Source: Candidatus Multivorans sp.
GTDB lineage: Bacteria; Acidobacteriota; Thermoanaerobaculia; Multivoradales; Multivoraceae
Assembly (NCBI GenBank): GCA_965247095.1
Contig: OZ251997.1
Span: forward strand, 2,688,001 to 2,752,000
Reading direction: 5' to 3'
Length of the DNA: 64,000 nucleotides
The translations under genes were made by a program, and so were the position numbers. Positions within the stretch are counted from its first letter, which is position 1. Every line of letters starts with the position of its first letter. The notes beneath the pieces are model-generated. The model saw nothing but the letters and a program-made list of their open reading frames with translations. It did not search any database and was not told where the DNA came from. Shown in pieces: positions 55,461-64,000 of this stretch.

Positions 55461-56314
55461 CAGCTCAATTGCTTGCGGGCCAACCCGTCGCCGAGGCGGT
55501 CCTCGCCGAGGTCGCGGAGCGGGTCGACGAACTCCGCGCGGCCGGCATACGTCCCGGTCTGGGGACGATCCTGGTCGGCGACGACGCGGCGTCCAGCGGC
55601 TACGTCCGGAAGAAGCACGAGACCTGCGAGGAGGTCGGGATCGCCTCGTTCCACGCACAGGTACCGGCGGATGCCGGCCAGGCCGAACTGCTTGCCGCCG
55701 TCGACCGCTTCAACGCGGACCCGGAAGTCGACGCGTACATCATCCAGCACCCGGTGCCCGCCGGTTTCGACTTCAACGAGGCCCTGGCGCGCATGGACGC
55801 GCGCAAGGACGCCGACGGCCTGCACCCGGTCAACCTGGGCAAGCTGGTGCTCCAGGAGCGGGGGCCTGTCCCCTGCACGCCCGCCGGCATCCAGGCCATG
55901 CTCGTCCACTACGGAATCGACATCGGCGGCCGCGAGGTCGTGGTGCTGGGCCGCGGCCCGACCCTCGGACGCCCGCTGTCCCTGCTGCTGACCCTGAAGC
56001 AGCCCGGCGCGAACGCCATCGTCACCGTCGTCCACACCGGCGCCCGGGACACAGCGCCCTTCACCCGCCGCGCCGACATCGTGGTCGCGGCTCTGGGCGT
56101 GCCGCGCTTCGTTCAGCCGGAGATGATCAAGCCCGGCGCGGTCGTGGTCAGCGGCGGCATCAGTTGGGAGGGCAGGAAGCTCCTGCCCGACGTCGACGAG
56201 TCGGTCGGCGACGTGGCGAGCTGGATCACCCCGCGGCTCGGGGGCGTGGGGCCGACCACGGTGGCGATGCTGCTGCGGAACACGGTGCTGGCGGCGGCGG
56301 AAAGGATGGGTTGA
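55457..56314 (+). CDS. folD: Bifunctional methylenetetrahydrofolate dehydrogenase/cyclohydrolase
   Basis: LVGDD.AS..YV..K, KD.DGLHP.NLG, PCTP.GI, GR....GRP, TP..GGVGP.TVAML. Confidence 0.93.
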   Translation: MTAQLLAGQPVAEAVLAEVAERVDELRAAGIRPGLGTILVGDDAASSGYVRKKHETCEEVGIASFHAQVPADAGQAELLAAVDRFNADPEVDAYIIQHPVPAGFDFNEALARMDARKDADGLHPVNLGKLVLQERGPVPCTPAGIQAMLVHYGIDIGGREVVVLGRGPTLGRPLSLLLTLKQPGANAIVTVVHTGARDTAPFTRRADIVVAALGVPRFVQPEMIKPGAVVVSGGISWEGRKLLPDVDESVGDVASWITPRLGGVGPTTVAMLLRNTVLAAAERMG

Positions 56315-56315
56315 G

Positions 56316-58553
56316 ATGAGATGGCTGGCCCTGGCCTTGACCGTCGCCGCTGCGCCGGCCGGCGCCCAGGAACTGATCGGCTTCCACCCCGACCGGGTCG
56401 CCGCGCAGCGGGAGATGGAGGAACGGGGCGACGGCTGGATCGCGCCCGAGGATCTCCTGGAATGGAGCCGCGGGATGACGCCGCGGCCGCATCATGCCGG
56501 TTCGCCCCAGGCCGAGGCGAACGCGCGCTGGATGGTGGAGCGCTTCAGGGAGTGGGGGTTCGAGGCCGAGATCGAGACCTACCACGTCCTGTTCCCGACG
56601 CCCCGGCGGCGCTCACTGACCCTGCTCGAGCCGACCCGGTTCGAGGCCTCCCTGATCGAAGAGCCGGCGGCGGGAGACGGCACGGCAGAGGTCGCGGTCG
56701 CGGAGGGACTGCCCCCCTTCAACGCCTACTCGGCCGACGGCGACGTGACCGCGGAACTGGTCTACGTGAACCGCGGGGTTCCCGAGGACTACGAAGTGCT
56801 CGAACGCCTGGGGATCGAGGTCCGCGGGCGCATCGTGATCGCCCGCTACGGCGGCTCGTGGCGCGGCATCAAGCCGAAGGTCGCCTTCGAACGCGGAGCG
56901 GTCGGCTGCCTGATCTTCAACGATCCCGGGGACGACGGCTACAGCCAGGGCGCGGCGTACCCGGACGGTTCGTTCAAGCACCCGAGCGCGGTCCAGCGCG
57001 GTTCGGTCCTGGACCTGCCGCTTCGTCCCGGCGATCCGTTGACGCCGATGCGCGGCGCCACGGAGGACGCAAGCCGGCTCGACCGGAGTGACGCCGAGAC
57101 GCTGATGCAGATCCCCGTTCTGCCCATCTCGTGGCGGGACGCGCAGCCGCTGCTCGAGGCTTTGGGCGGCGAGACGGCGCCGGCCGATTGGCGGGGCGGT
57201 CTGCCGATCACCTACCGGATCGGCCCCGGACCGGCCCGCGTGCGGCTGCGGCTCGAGTTCGACTGGGACCTCGCGCCGGCGCACAACGTGATCGCCAGGC
57301 TGCCGGGCAGTGAGCGGCCGGACCAGTGGATCCTGCGCGGCAATCACCACGATGCCTGGGTGATCGGCGCCCGGGATCCGATCAGCGGCCTGGTCGGTCT
57401 GCTGGCGGAAGCGCAGGCCGTCGGCTGGTTGGCCAGAGAGGGGCACCGGCCCCGTCGCACGATCGTGTACGCGGCCTGGGATGCCGAGGAGCCGGGTCTG
57501 CTCGGCTCCACCGAGTGGGTGGAGCACCACGCCGACGAACTGCGCGAGCACGCGGCGGTCTACATCAACTCGGACTCGAACAGCCGCGGCTTCCTGCGCG
57601 CCGGTGGGTCGCATGCCCTGGAGACCCTGGTCAACCAGGTCGCGAAGGACGTCGAGGACCCGCAGACCGGGGTCAGCGTCGGCGAACGGCTACGCGCTTC
57701 GCGGCGCGCCCGCGGCACTCCCGCCGTCTACCAGCGGCTTCAGGCCTCGGACCGGCTGCGGATCTCCGCTCTGGGCTCCGGCTCCGACTACTCGCCGTTC
57801 CTCCAGCACCTCGGTGTGTCGTCCCTGAACGTCGGTTACGGCGGCGAGTCGTCCGGCGGCGAGTACCACACCGCCTTCGACTCCTTCGACTTCTACCGCC
57901 GGTTCGTCGACCCGGGCGCCGTCTACGGCGCCGCGCTGGCCCGCACGGGCCTGCGCCTTGTGCTGCGGCTGGCCAATGCCGACGTGCTGCCGTTCGAGTT
58001 CGGCGCCACCGCAGCCACCGTCGGCCGCTACGTCGACGAGGTCGTCCAGCTTGCCGCGAACGAGCGCACGCGGCTGGAACGGGAGGGTGAACTGGTGCGG
58101 AGCGGCGCCTTCCGGTTGGCGGCTGATCCGACCCGGCCCTTCGTGGAACCGGAAGCGCAAGCGACGGCCCCGTACCTGAACTTCGCGCCGCTCAGGAACG
58201 CGCACGATCGGCTCGTGCGCGCTGCGAAGTCTGCCGACGAGTCGCTGGCATCGGCGGCTCAGAACGGCGACGAGGACGCCCAGGAGCAGCTCGACGAACT
58301 CATCGTGGGCAGCGAACGGCTGTTGACGCGGGCCCACGGTCTGCCGGGCCGTCCCTGGTTCCGGCACCACCTGTATTCGCCCGGTCTCTACACCGGCTAC
58401 GGCGTGAAGACGCTGCCGGGAGTTCGGGAGGCGATCGAGAAGAGCGAGTGGGACGAAGCCCAGAGGCAGATCGACATCGCCGCTGAGGTGCTCGGCGAGT
58501 ACGCCGAGCAGTTGAAGCGGATGGCGCGGGCTACGGAGTCCAGGGAACCGTAG
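56316..58553 (+). CDS. M28 glutamate carboxypeptidase II-like peptidase (PA + TfR dimer domains), exported
   Basis: Signal peptide, FNAYS, VQRGSV, GNHHDAW..GA.DP.SG, WDAEE.GLLGSTEW, GSGSDY, YHT.FD, GY...TLPG. Confidence 0.93.
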   Translation: MRWLALALTVAAAPAGAQELIGFHPDRVAAQREMEERGDGWIAPEDLLEWSRGMTPRPHHAGSPQAEANARWMVERFREWGFEAEIETYHVLFPTPRRRSLTLLEPTRFEASLIEEPAAGDGTAEVAVAEGLPPFNAYSADGDVTAELVYVNRGVPEDYEVLERLGIEVRGRIVIARYGGSWRGIKPKVAFERGAVGCLIFNDPGDDGYSQGAAYPDGSFKHPSAVQRGSVLDLPLRPGDPLTPMRGATEDASRLDRSDAETLMQIPVLPISWRDAQPLLEALGGETAPADWRGGLPITYRIGPGPARVRLRLEFDWDLAPAHNVIARLPGSERPDQWILRGNHHDAWVIGARDPISGLVGLLAEAQAVGWLAREGHRPRRTIVYAAWDAEEPGLLGSTEWVEHHADELREHAAVYINSDSNSRGFLRAGGSHALETLVNQVAKDVEDPQTGVSVGERLRASRRARGTPAVYQRLQASDRLRISALGSGSDYSPFLQHLGVSSLNVGYGGESSGGEYHTAFDSFDFYRRFVDPGAVYGAALARTGLRLVLRLANADVLPFEFGATAATVGRYVDEVVQLAANERTRLEREGELVRSGAFRLAADPTRPFVEPEAQATAPYLNFAPLRNAHDRLVRAAKSADESLASAAQNGDEDAQEQLDELIVGSERLLTRAHGLPGRPWFRHHLYSPGLYTGYGVKTLPGVREAIEKSEWDEAQRQIDIAAEVLGEYAEQLKRMARATESREP

Positions 58554-58588
58554 CCCGCGACCACCCGGACGACGGCCGCGGGTCGACT

Positions 58589-59692
<1,104 letters not shown>

Positions 59693-59974
59693 GTCGGTTC
59701 TCCCTCTTGAAGCTGTCGGCCCCCTATCGGGGTACTCGACCGGCGGAATCGCGGCGAATGAGCGTTGGCTTTTCCACTACGAAAGAATAAGCTAGCGGAC
59801 GGTAGCATGAGTTGACCCTCCTTTAGCAGTTTTTCTTTTCGAACCGTGCCTGAATTGATGGAAGGTTCATGAATTTCTGAAGGTTCCGCGAACTGTGTTG
59901 CTGGGCGCCCTGGAAAGCGGGGCGGCAACGCCGCCAACAAGAGGCGCCGGCCGCCTCGAGGTTGCCCGGGGGCC

Positions 59975-60892
59975 TCAGCGCGGGCTGAGGGCGCAGCGGA
60001 AGCCGGTGTTGTCGAGACCTGAATCGGGCGCCGAGTGGTTGCGGTTCGCGTTCCGGTAGCCCTCGCAGTAGCTCGCGGCGCACAGCCAGGAGCCGCCCTT
60101 CAGGACCTTCTCGCCGCCGGCGCCGCCGGGCAGGTACCAGTCGTCGCACCACTCCCAGACGTTGCCGCCGAGGTCGAAGACGCCGAGGTCGTTCGGTGGA
60201 TACGAGCCGACCGGCGCCAGATAGGTGTGCCCGTCGGCCGCCTCGTCCGTGCCGGGAAAGTCGCCCTGCCAGACGTTTCCGACCCATTCGCCGTCGGGGG
60301 CGGGATCGTCGCCCCAGGGGTAGCGGGCGTGGCCGGCGCCGTCGTTGCCGGCGGCGGCGGCGAGGTCCCATTCAGCCTCGGTCGGGAGCCGCCTACCGCG
60401 CCAGGCGCAGAAGGCGTCGGCGTCGGCCCAACTGACGTGGACGACGGGGAGTTCGGGTTGGGCTTCGGCGCCGGGGCCGCGGGGACGCCGCCAGTCGGCG
60501 CCGTCGACCCTCAGCCACCAGGGCGTTCCCGGCACCCGCTGTTCCTGGGCAGGGTTCGCGGTCGCTTCCGGGTGGAAGACCAGGGACCAGTCCCAGCGCT
60601 CGGCCTCGGTGACGAATCCGGTCGCGTCGACGAAGGCGGCGAAGTCCCGGTTCGTGACCTCGTAGACGTCCAGGTCGAAGGCAGCGACTTCGAGTTCCCC
60701 TCCGGAGCGGGGCACGGCGCCGGCGGGTACGCGCACCATGCCTTCCGGCGCCGGTTCGGGCGCGGTCGAACCGGCCGGCTCTGAAGTCACGGCCCGCGTC
60801 GACTCCTCCGGCGGACCGGCGCAACCGAGGACGGCGGCGATGCCGATCGAAGCGAGGAGCGCCGGCGGGCGTGGGCGGCGCCGCGGGGTCAC
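59975..60892 (-). CDS. Formylglycine-generating enzyme (SUMF1 family), probable lipoprotein
   Basis: EVTN..F..FV, PVVHVSW.DA, RLPTEAEW, GNVWEW, GGSWLC...YC..YR; lipobox AVLGC. Confidence 0.88.
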   Translation of the reverse strand: MTPRRRPRPPALLASIGIAAVLGCAGPPEESTRAVTSEPAGSTAPEPAPEGMVRVPAGAVPRSGGELEVAAFDLDVYEVTNRDFAAFVDATGFVTEAERWDWSLVFHPEATANPAQEQRVPGTPWWLRVDGADWRRPRGPGAEAQPELPVVHVSWADADAFCAWRGRRLPTEAEWDLAAAAGNDGAGHARYPWGDDPAPDGEWVGNVWQGDFPGTDEAADGHTYLAPVGSYPPNDLGVFDLGGNVWEWCDDWYLPGGAGGEKVLKGGSWLCAASYCEGYRNANRNHSAPDSGLDNTGFRCALSPR

Positions 60893-60997
60893 GGCGCCCA
60901 CCCGAAACGGTTCAGATCGATGCGGCCGCGCCGGTCAATGCCTGCCGTCATGGCGCCCACCCGAAACGGTCCAGATCAATTCGGCCGCAGCGATCAA
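60888..60997 (-). repeat. Imperfect 51-bp direct repeat of the ATL gene 3' end
   Basis: 60888-60938 vs 60947-60997, 44/51 identical by manual alignment. Confidence 0.88.
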
Positions 60998-61283
60998 ACA
61001 CGATGCCCTCGTCTTCGAGCAGAAAGCGCTGCCGGTCCACGCTCTCCAGCAGATCGAGACCGCGCTCGCTGACCTCGCCGCGGGCGTTGACCACCCGGTG
61101 CCAGGGCACGCCGTCGTCGCCCAGCCGGGCAAGGGCATAGCCGACCTGCCGGGCGTTGCGGGGACGCTCGGCGAGAGCGGCGATCTGGCCGTAGGTGGCG
61201 ACACGGCCCTCGGGGATGCACTGCACGATGCGGTGGAAGGTCTTGTGAAGGCCGTTCGTGGCCTGATGTTCGGGTGCGGTCAC
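60948..61283 (-). CDS. Alkyltransferase-like protein (MGMT family, ATL)
   Basis: IP.GRVATYGQIA, ARQVGYAL, PWHRV (Trp replacing the catalytic Cys). Confidence 0.92.
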   Translation of the reverse strand: MTAPEHQATNGLHKTFHRIVQCIPEGRVATYGQIAALAERPRNARQVGYALARLGDDGVPWHRVVNARGEVSERGLDLLESVDRQRFLLEDEGIVFDRCGRIDLDRFGWAP

Positions 61284-61354
61284 GATCGGGGAACCTTACT
61301 AGGAGACCGCGCCGCCTCTCCGAACCCCATTCTGCTACCTTCGGCGATCCAAGC

Positions 61355-62617
61355 ATGTCCTCCGACGATCGAGGTCACAGCCGCCTCGACCGGCGGCGCA
61401 ACTACGCCGCCCTGCTCGCCCATGGCCTGCTCGGCATGACCGGGTTCCGCCTGCTCCAGGCGCCGACCTTCCTGCCGACCTACATCCACCTGCTGACCGG
61501 CGCCAGTCTGGCGGTGGGCGCGGCTTCGGCCTGCCAGAGCCTGGGAATGTTCGTGTCGCCAGTGCTCAGCGCCGCGCTGGCCGAGCACCGCAGCCACGTG
61601 AAGTGGGCCACCGTGCTGTTCGGCGGTCTGATGCGGCTGCAGATCCTGGTCCTCGCCCTGCTGGCCCTGTTCGCGCCGGTCGATGTCGCGGTGTTCCTGA
61701 TCTGGCCGGTGCTGGTGATGTGGGGCCTGTCGAGTGGCATGCAGATGGTCGTGTTCAACCTGCTGTTGGCGAAAGCGGTGCCCGTCACTCGGAGAGGACG
61801 GCTGCAGGGGACACGCAACCTGAGTGCCGGTGTCTCGGTGATCCTGATGTCGGTCGTCGCCGGATGGGTGCTGGACCGCTACGGGTTTCCGCGGGGCTAC
61901 GGTCTGACCTTCCTGGGCGCCGCGGTGATGGCCTCGGCAGGGCTTGCTTTCATGGGCCTCATTCGGGAACCCGCCGCCCTCGATGTGCACGCGACGGGAC
62001 TCAGCCTGCGAGTCCGGCTTGGCAAACTGCCGGATCTCTTCCGCTCCGACCGCGACTTTGCGGGCTTCCTGGAGGCGCGACTGCTGAGCAGTGCCGCTCG
62101 AGGCGCCTTGCCGTTCTACATCGTGCTGGTCAGCGAGCGGTTCGGCGTCAGCGGAGCCCGCCTCGCCGGTTTGACCATCGTCTTCGTGGCGGCGCAGTCG
62201 GTCTGCGCCCTGATGTGGGGCCTGCTGGGTGACCGGTCGGGCTTTCGCGTCGTGTTCGTGCTGGCGCTCGGCACCTGGATCATGGGCAGCCTCATCGTCC
62301 TCTGGGCGCCGGTCTTCCCGGTCGCGTATGTGGTCTTCCTGCTGGTTGGCGCGGGCCTCAGCGGCGTGCTGCTCGCGTCGCAGAACCTGGTGCTCGAGTT
62401 CGGACGGGAGCGCGACCGCCCGATGCGCATCGCCGCCACCCACTCACTCTCCGAGGCGGCGGGCGTGGCGGCGTTCCTGGGTGCGGGATTGATCAGCCAG
62501 GTGGCGCCGATCGAGAGCGTGTTTCTGATCTCCATCGTTCTCCATCTGTTGGCGCTACGGAGGTTGATCCGCACCGTGGACCCGCGGCGCACGGCGCAGA
62601 AGGCCGCGGCGGACTAG
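61355..62617 (+). CDS. MFS transporter
   Basis: About 12 hydrophobic segments, G.L.DR.G motifs. Confidence 0.85.
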   Translation: MSSDDRGHSRLDRRRNYAALLAHGLLGMTGFRLLQAPTFLPTYIHLLTGASLAVGAASACQSLGMFVSPVLSAALAEHRSHVKWATVLFGGLMRLQILVLALLALFAPVDVAVFLIWPVLVMWGLSSGMQMVVFNLLLAKAVPVTRRGRLQGTRNLSAGVSVILMSVVAGWVLDRYGFPRGYGLTFLGAAVMASAGLAFMGLIREPAALDVHATGLSLRVRLGKLPDLFRSDRDFAGFLEARLLSSAARGALPFYIVLVSERFGVSGARLAGLTIVFVAAQSVCALMWGLLGDRSGFRVVFVLALGTWIMGSLIVLWAPVFPVAYVVFLLVGAGLSGVLLASQNLVLEFGRERDRPMRIAATHSLSEAAGVAAFLGAGLISQVAPIESVFLISIVLHLLALRRLIRTVDPRRTAQKAAAD

Positions 62618-62986
62618 GCCTGGCCGTCCTGGCATGGGGATTGCTTGATCCCTGTGTGTCGGGACTGCAAGCGTCGTCCCGAGAGATGTGGAACACACCC
62701 GGAGGAGGTCCCTCACCAACTCTCCTGCCTAGTAACCCAAGAGCGGACCGGCGGCGCGGCCGCGTGCTAACGACGCTTGTTCTAGCTATTCGCCTGCGCC
62801 ACTACTTGCCGGTTCAGCCTCCTGCTCGGATCTTCCAACTCGCTCCGTTATCTCTGGGCGAGCCTTCCAGATTCCTTCCAACGGACCTCCTCCGCTCCGC
62901 TTCCACCTATACCCAAGAGCCGCCGCCCCGGACACGACAACGTGGACCGGTCGCGGCGCCCGGCCGCGCCAGGATGGCGCGGTCGG

Positions 62987-64000
62987 CTAGGGACGGTCGT
63001 GCAGGTACCGTGACACGGCGTCCAGAGCGATTCGCTCCTGGGCGCCGGTGTCGCGGTCGCGCACGGTGACCGTTTGATCGTCGAGGGTCTGGCCGTCGAC
63101 GGTGAAGCAACAGGGCGTGCCGGCCTCGTCCATTCGCGCGTAGCGTTTGCCGATCGACTGCTTCGCGTCGTACTGGATGCGGTAGTACCGGCGGAGTTCG
63201 AGGTAGAGCGCCTCCGCGATCTCGGGCATTCCGCCCTTGTTCACCAAGGGGAAGACGCCCGCGTGAATCGGCGCCAGCCGGTGCGGGAAGCGCATGAGTT
63301 CGGACGATGGCCGGCTCTCGTCGACGGTGTACGCCTCGCAGAGCAGCGCCAGCACACCCCGGGTCAGGCCGGCGGCGGGTTCGATCACGTGGGGCACGAA
63401 GCGCTCGCGCGTCTGCTGATCGAAGGTCTCCAGCTTGACGCCGCTCCACTGCTGGTGCTGCTCCAGGTCGAAGCTGCCGCGGTGGGCCACTCCCTCGAGC
63501 TCGCCGAAACCCGGCTCGGTGAACGGGTACTGGTACTCGACGTCGAAGGTGCCCTCGCCGGTCTGGGCGTAGTGGGCCAGTTCGGACGCCTCGTGGCGGC
63601 GCAGGCGCAGCCGGTCGCCGGCCAGACCCAGGCCGCTCCACCAGTCCATCCGCGCCTGGGTCCAGAACTCGAACCAGATCTTGGCCTCGGACGGGTGGCA
63701 GAACCACTCCATCTCCATCTGCTCGAACTCACGGGTGCGAAAGATGTAGTTCCTCGGCGTGACCTCGTTCCGAAAGGCCTTGCCGATCTGTGCGATGCCG
63801 AACGGCAGCCGCACCCTCGAGGTGTCCAGCACGCCCTTGTAGTTCAGGAAGATGCCCTGGGCCGTTTCGGGCCGCAGGTAGGCGATGTTGTCCTCACCGG
63901 AGGCGGCGCCGACGAAGGTCTTGAACATCAGGTTGAAGTCGCGGGCCTCGGTCAGCGTCCCCGGCCCCGAGGCGCCGGGCGCCCAGACATGGTCCCGCTC
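62987..64000 (-). CDS. glyQS: Glycine--tRNA ligase, alpha2 type (5' end outside window)
   Basis: FNLMFKT, YLRPETAQGIF, IGKAFRNE.TP, FRTREFEQME, PHVIEP, IGKRY.R.DE.GTP. Confidence 0.96.
   Translation of the reverse strand, partial: ERDHVWAPGASGPGTLTEARDFNLMFKTFVGAASGEDNIAYLRPETAQGIFLNYKGVLDTSRVRLPFGIAQIGKAFRNEVTPRNYIFRTREFEQMEMEWFCHPSEAKIWFEFWTQARMDWWSGLGLAGDRLRLRRHEASELAHYAQTGEGTFDVEYQYPFTEPGFGELEGVAHRGSFDLEQHQQWSGVKLETFDQQTRERFVPHVIEPAAGLTRGVLALLCEAYTVDESRPSSELMRFPHRLAPIHAGVFPLVNKGGMPEIAEALYLELRRYYRIQYDAKQSIGKRYARMDEAGTPCCFTVDGQTLDDQTVTVRDRDTGAQERIALDAVSRYLHDRP

Overview
GC-rich bacterial chromosomal segment. It is most likely from Acidobacteriota (inferred from a GWxTD/VWA-type exported protein, a eukaryote-like IleRS2 and an alpha2-type GlyRS). 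The backbone is housekeeping and metabolic: mltG 3' end, xseAB, an argCJBDHR operon, a CysM/JAB/ThiS-MoeB-rhodanese sulfur-carrier cluster, moaDE, iscA, tdk, pgm, ileS, rlmH, a DksA-like gene, holA, mutM, a giant GlmS-like amidotransferase with an epimerase, a Co-type nitrile hydratase operon coupled to folD and an M28 peptidase, HMG-CoA synthase and glyQS. Four small accessory islets interrupt it. (1) An M.PvuII-like m4C methyltransferase paired with a frameshifted nuclease-like/HEAT-repeat protein; the PvuII site CAGCTG appears absent from the whole window by eye. (2) A decayed Phd/VapC pair next to an ABC-type ATPase plus a TOPRIM-like partner. (3) An MNT-HEPN toxin-antitoxin pair. (4) A DUF1156-type methylase plus a PD-(D/E)xK nuclease and an orphan nuclease-like ORF. 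Non-coding structure includes a REP-like palindrome family (one copy in frame within a CDS), three duplications of gene 3' ends, and several leaderless-type promoters. No rRNA, tRNA, CRISPR array or intact transposase was seen. All calls come from motif recognition by eye; no searches were run.
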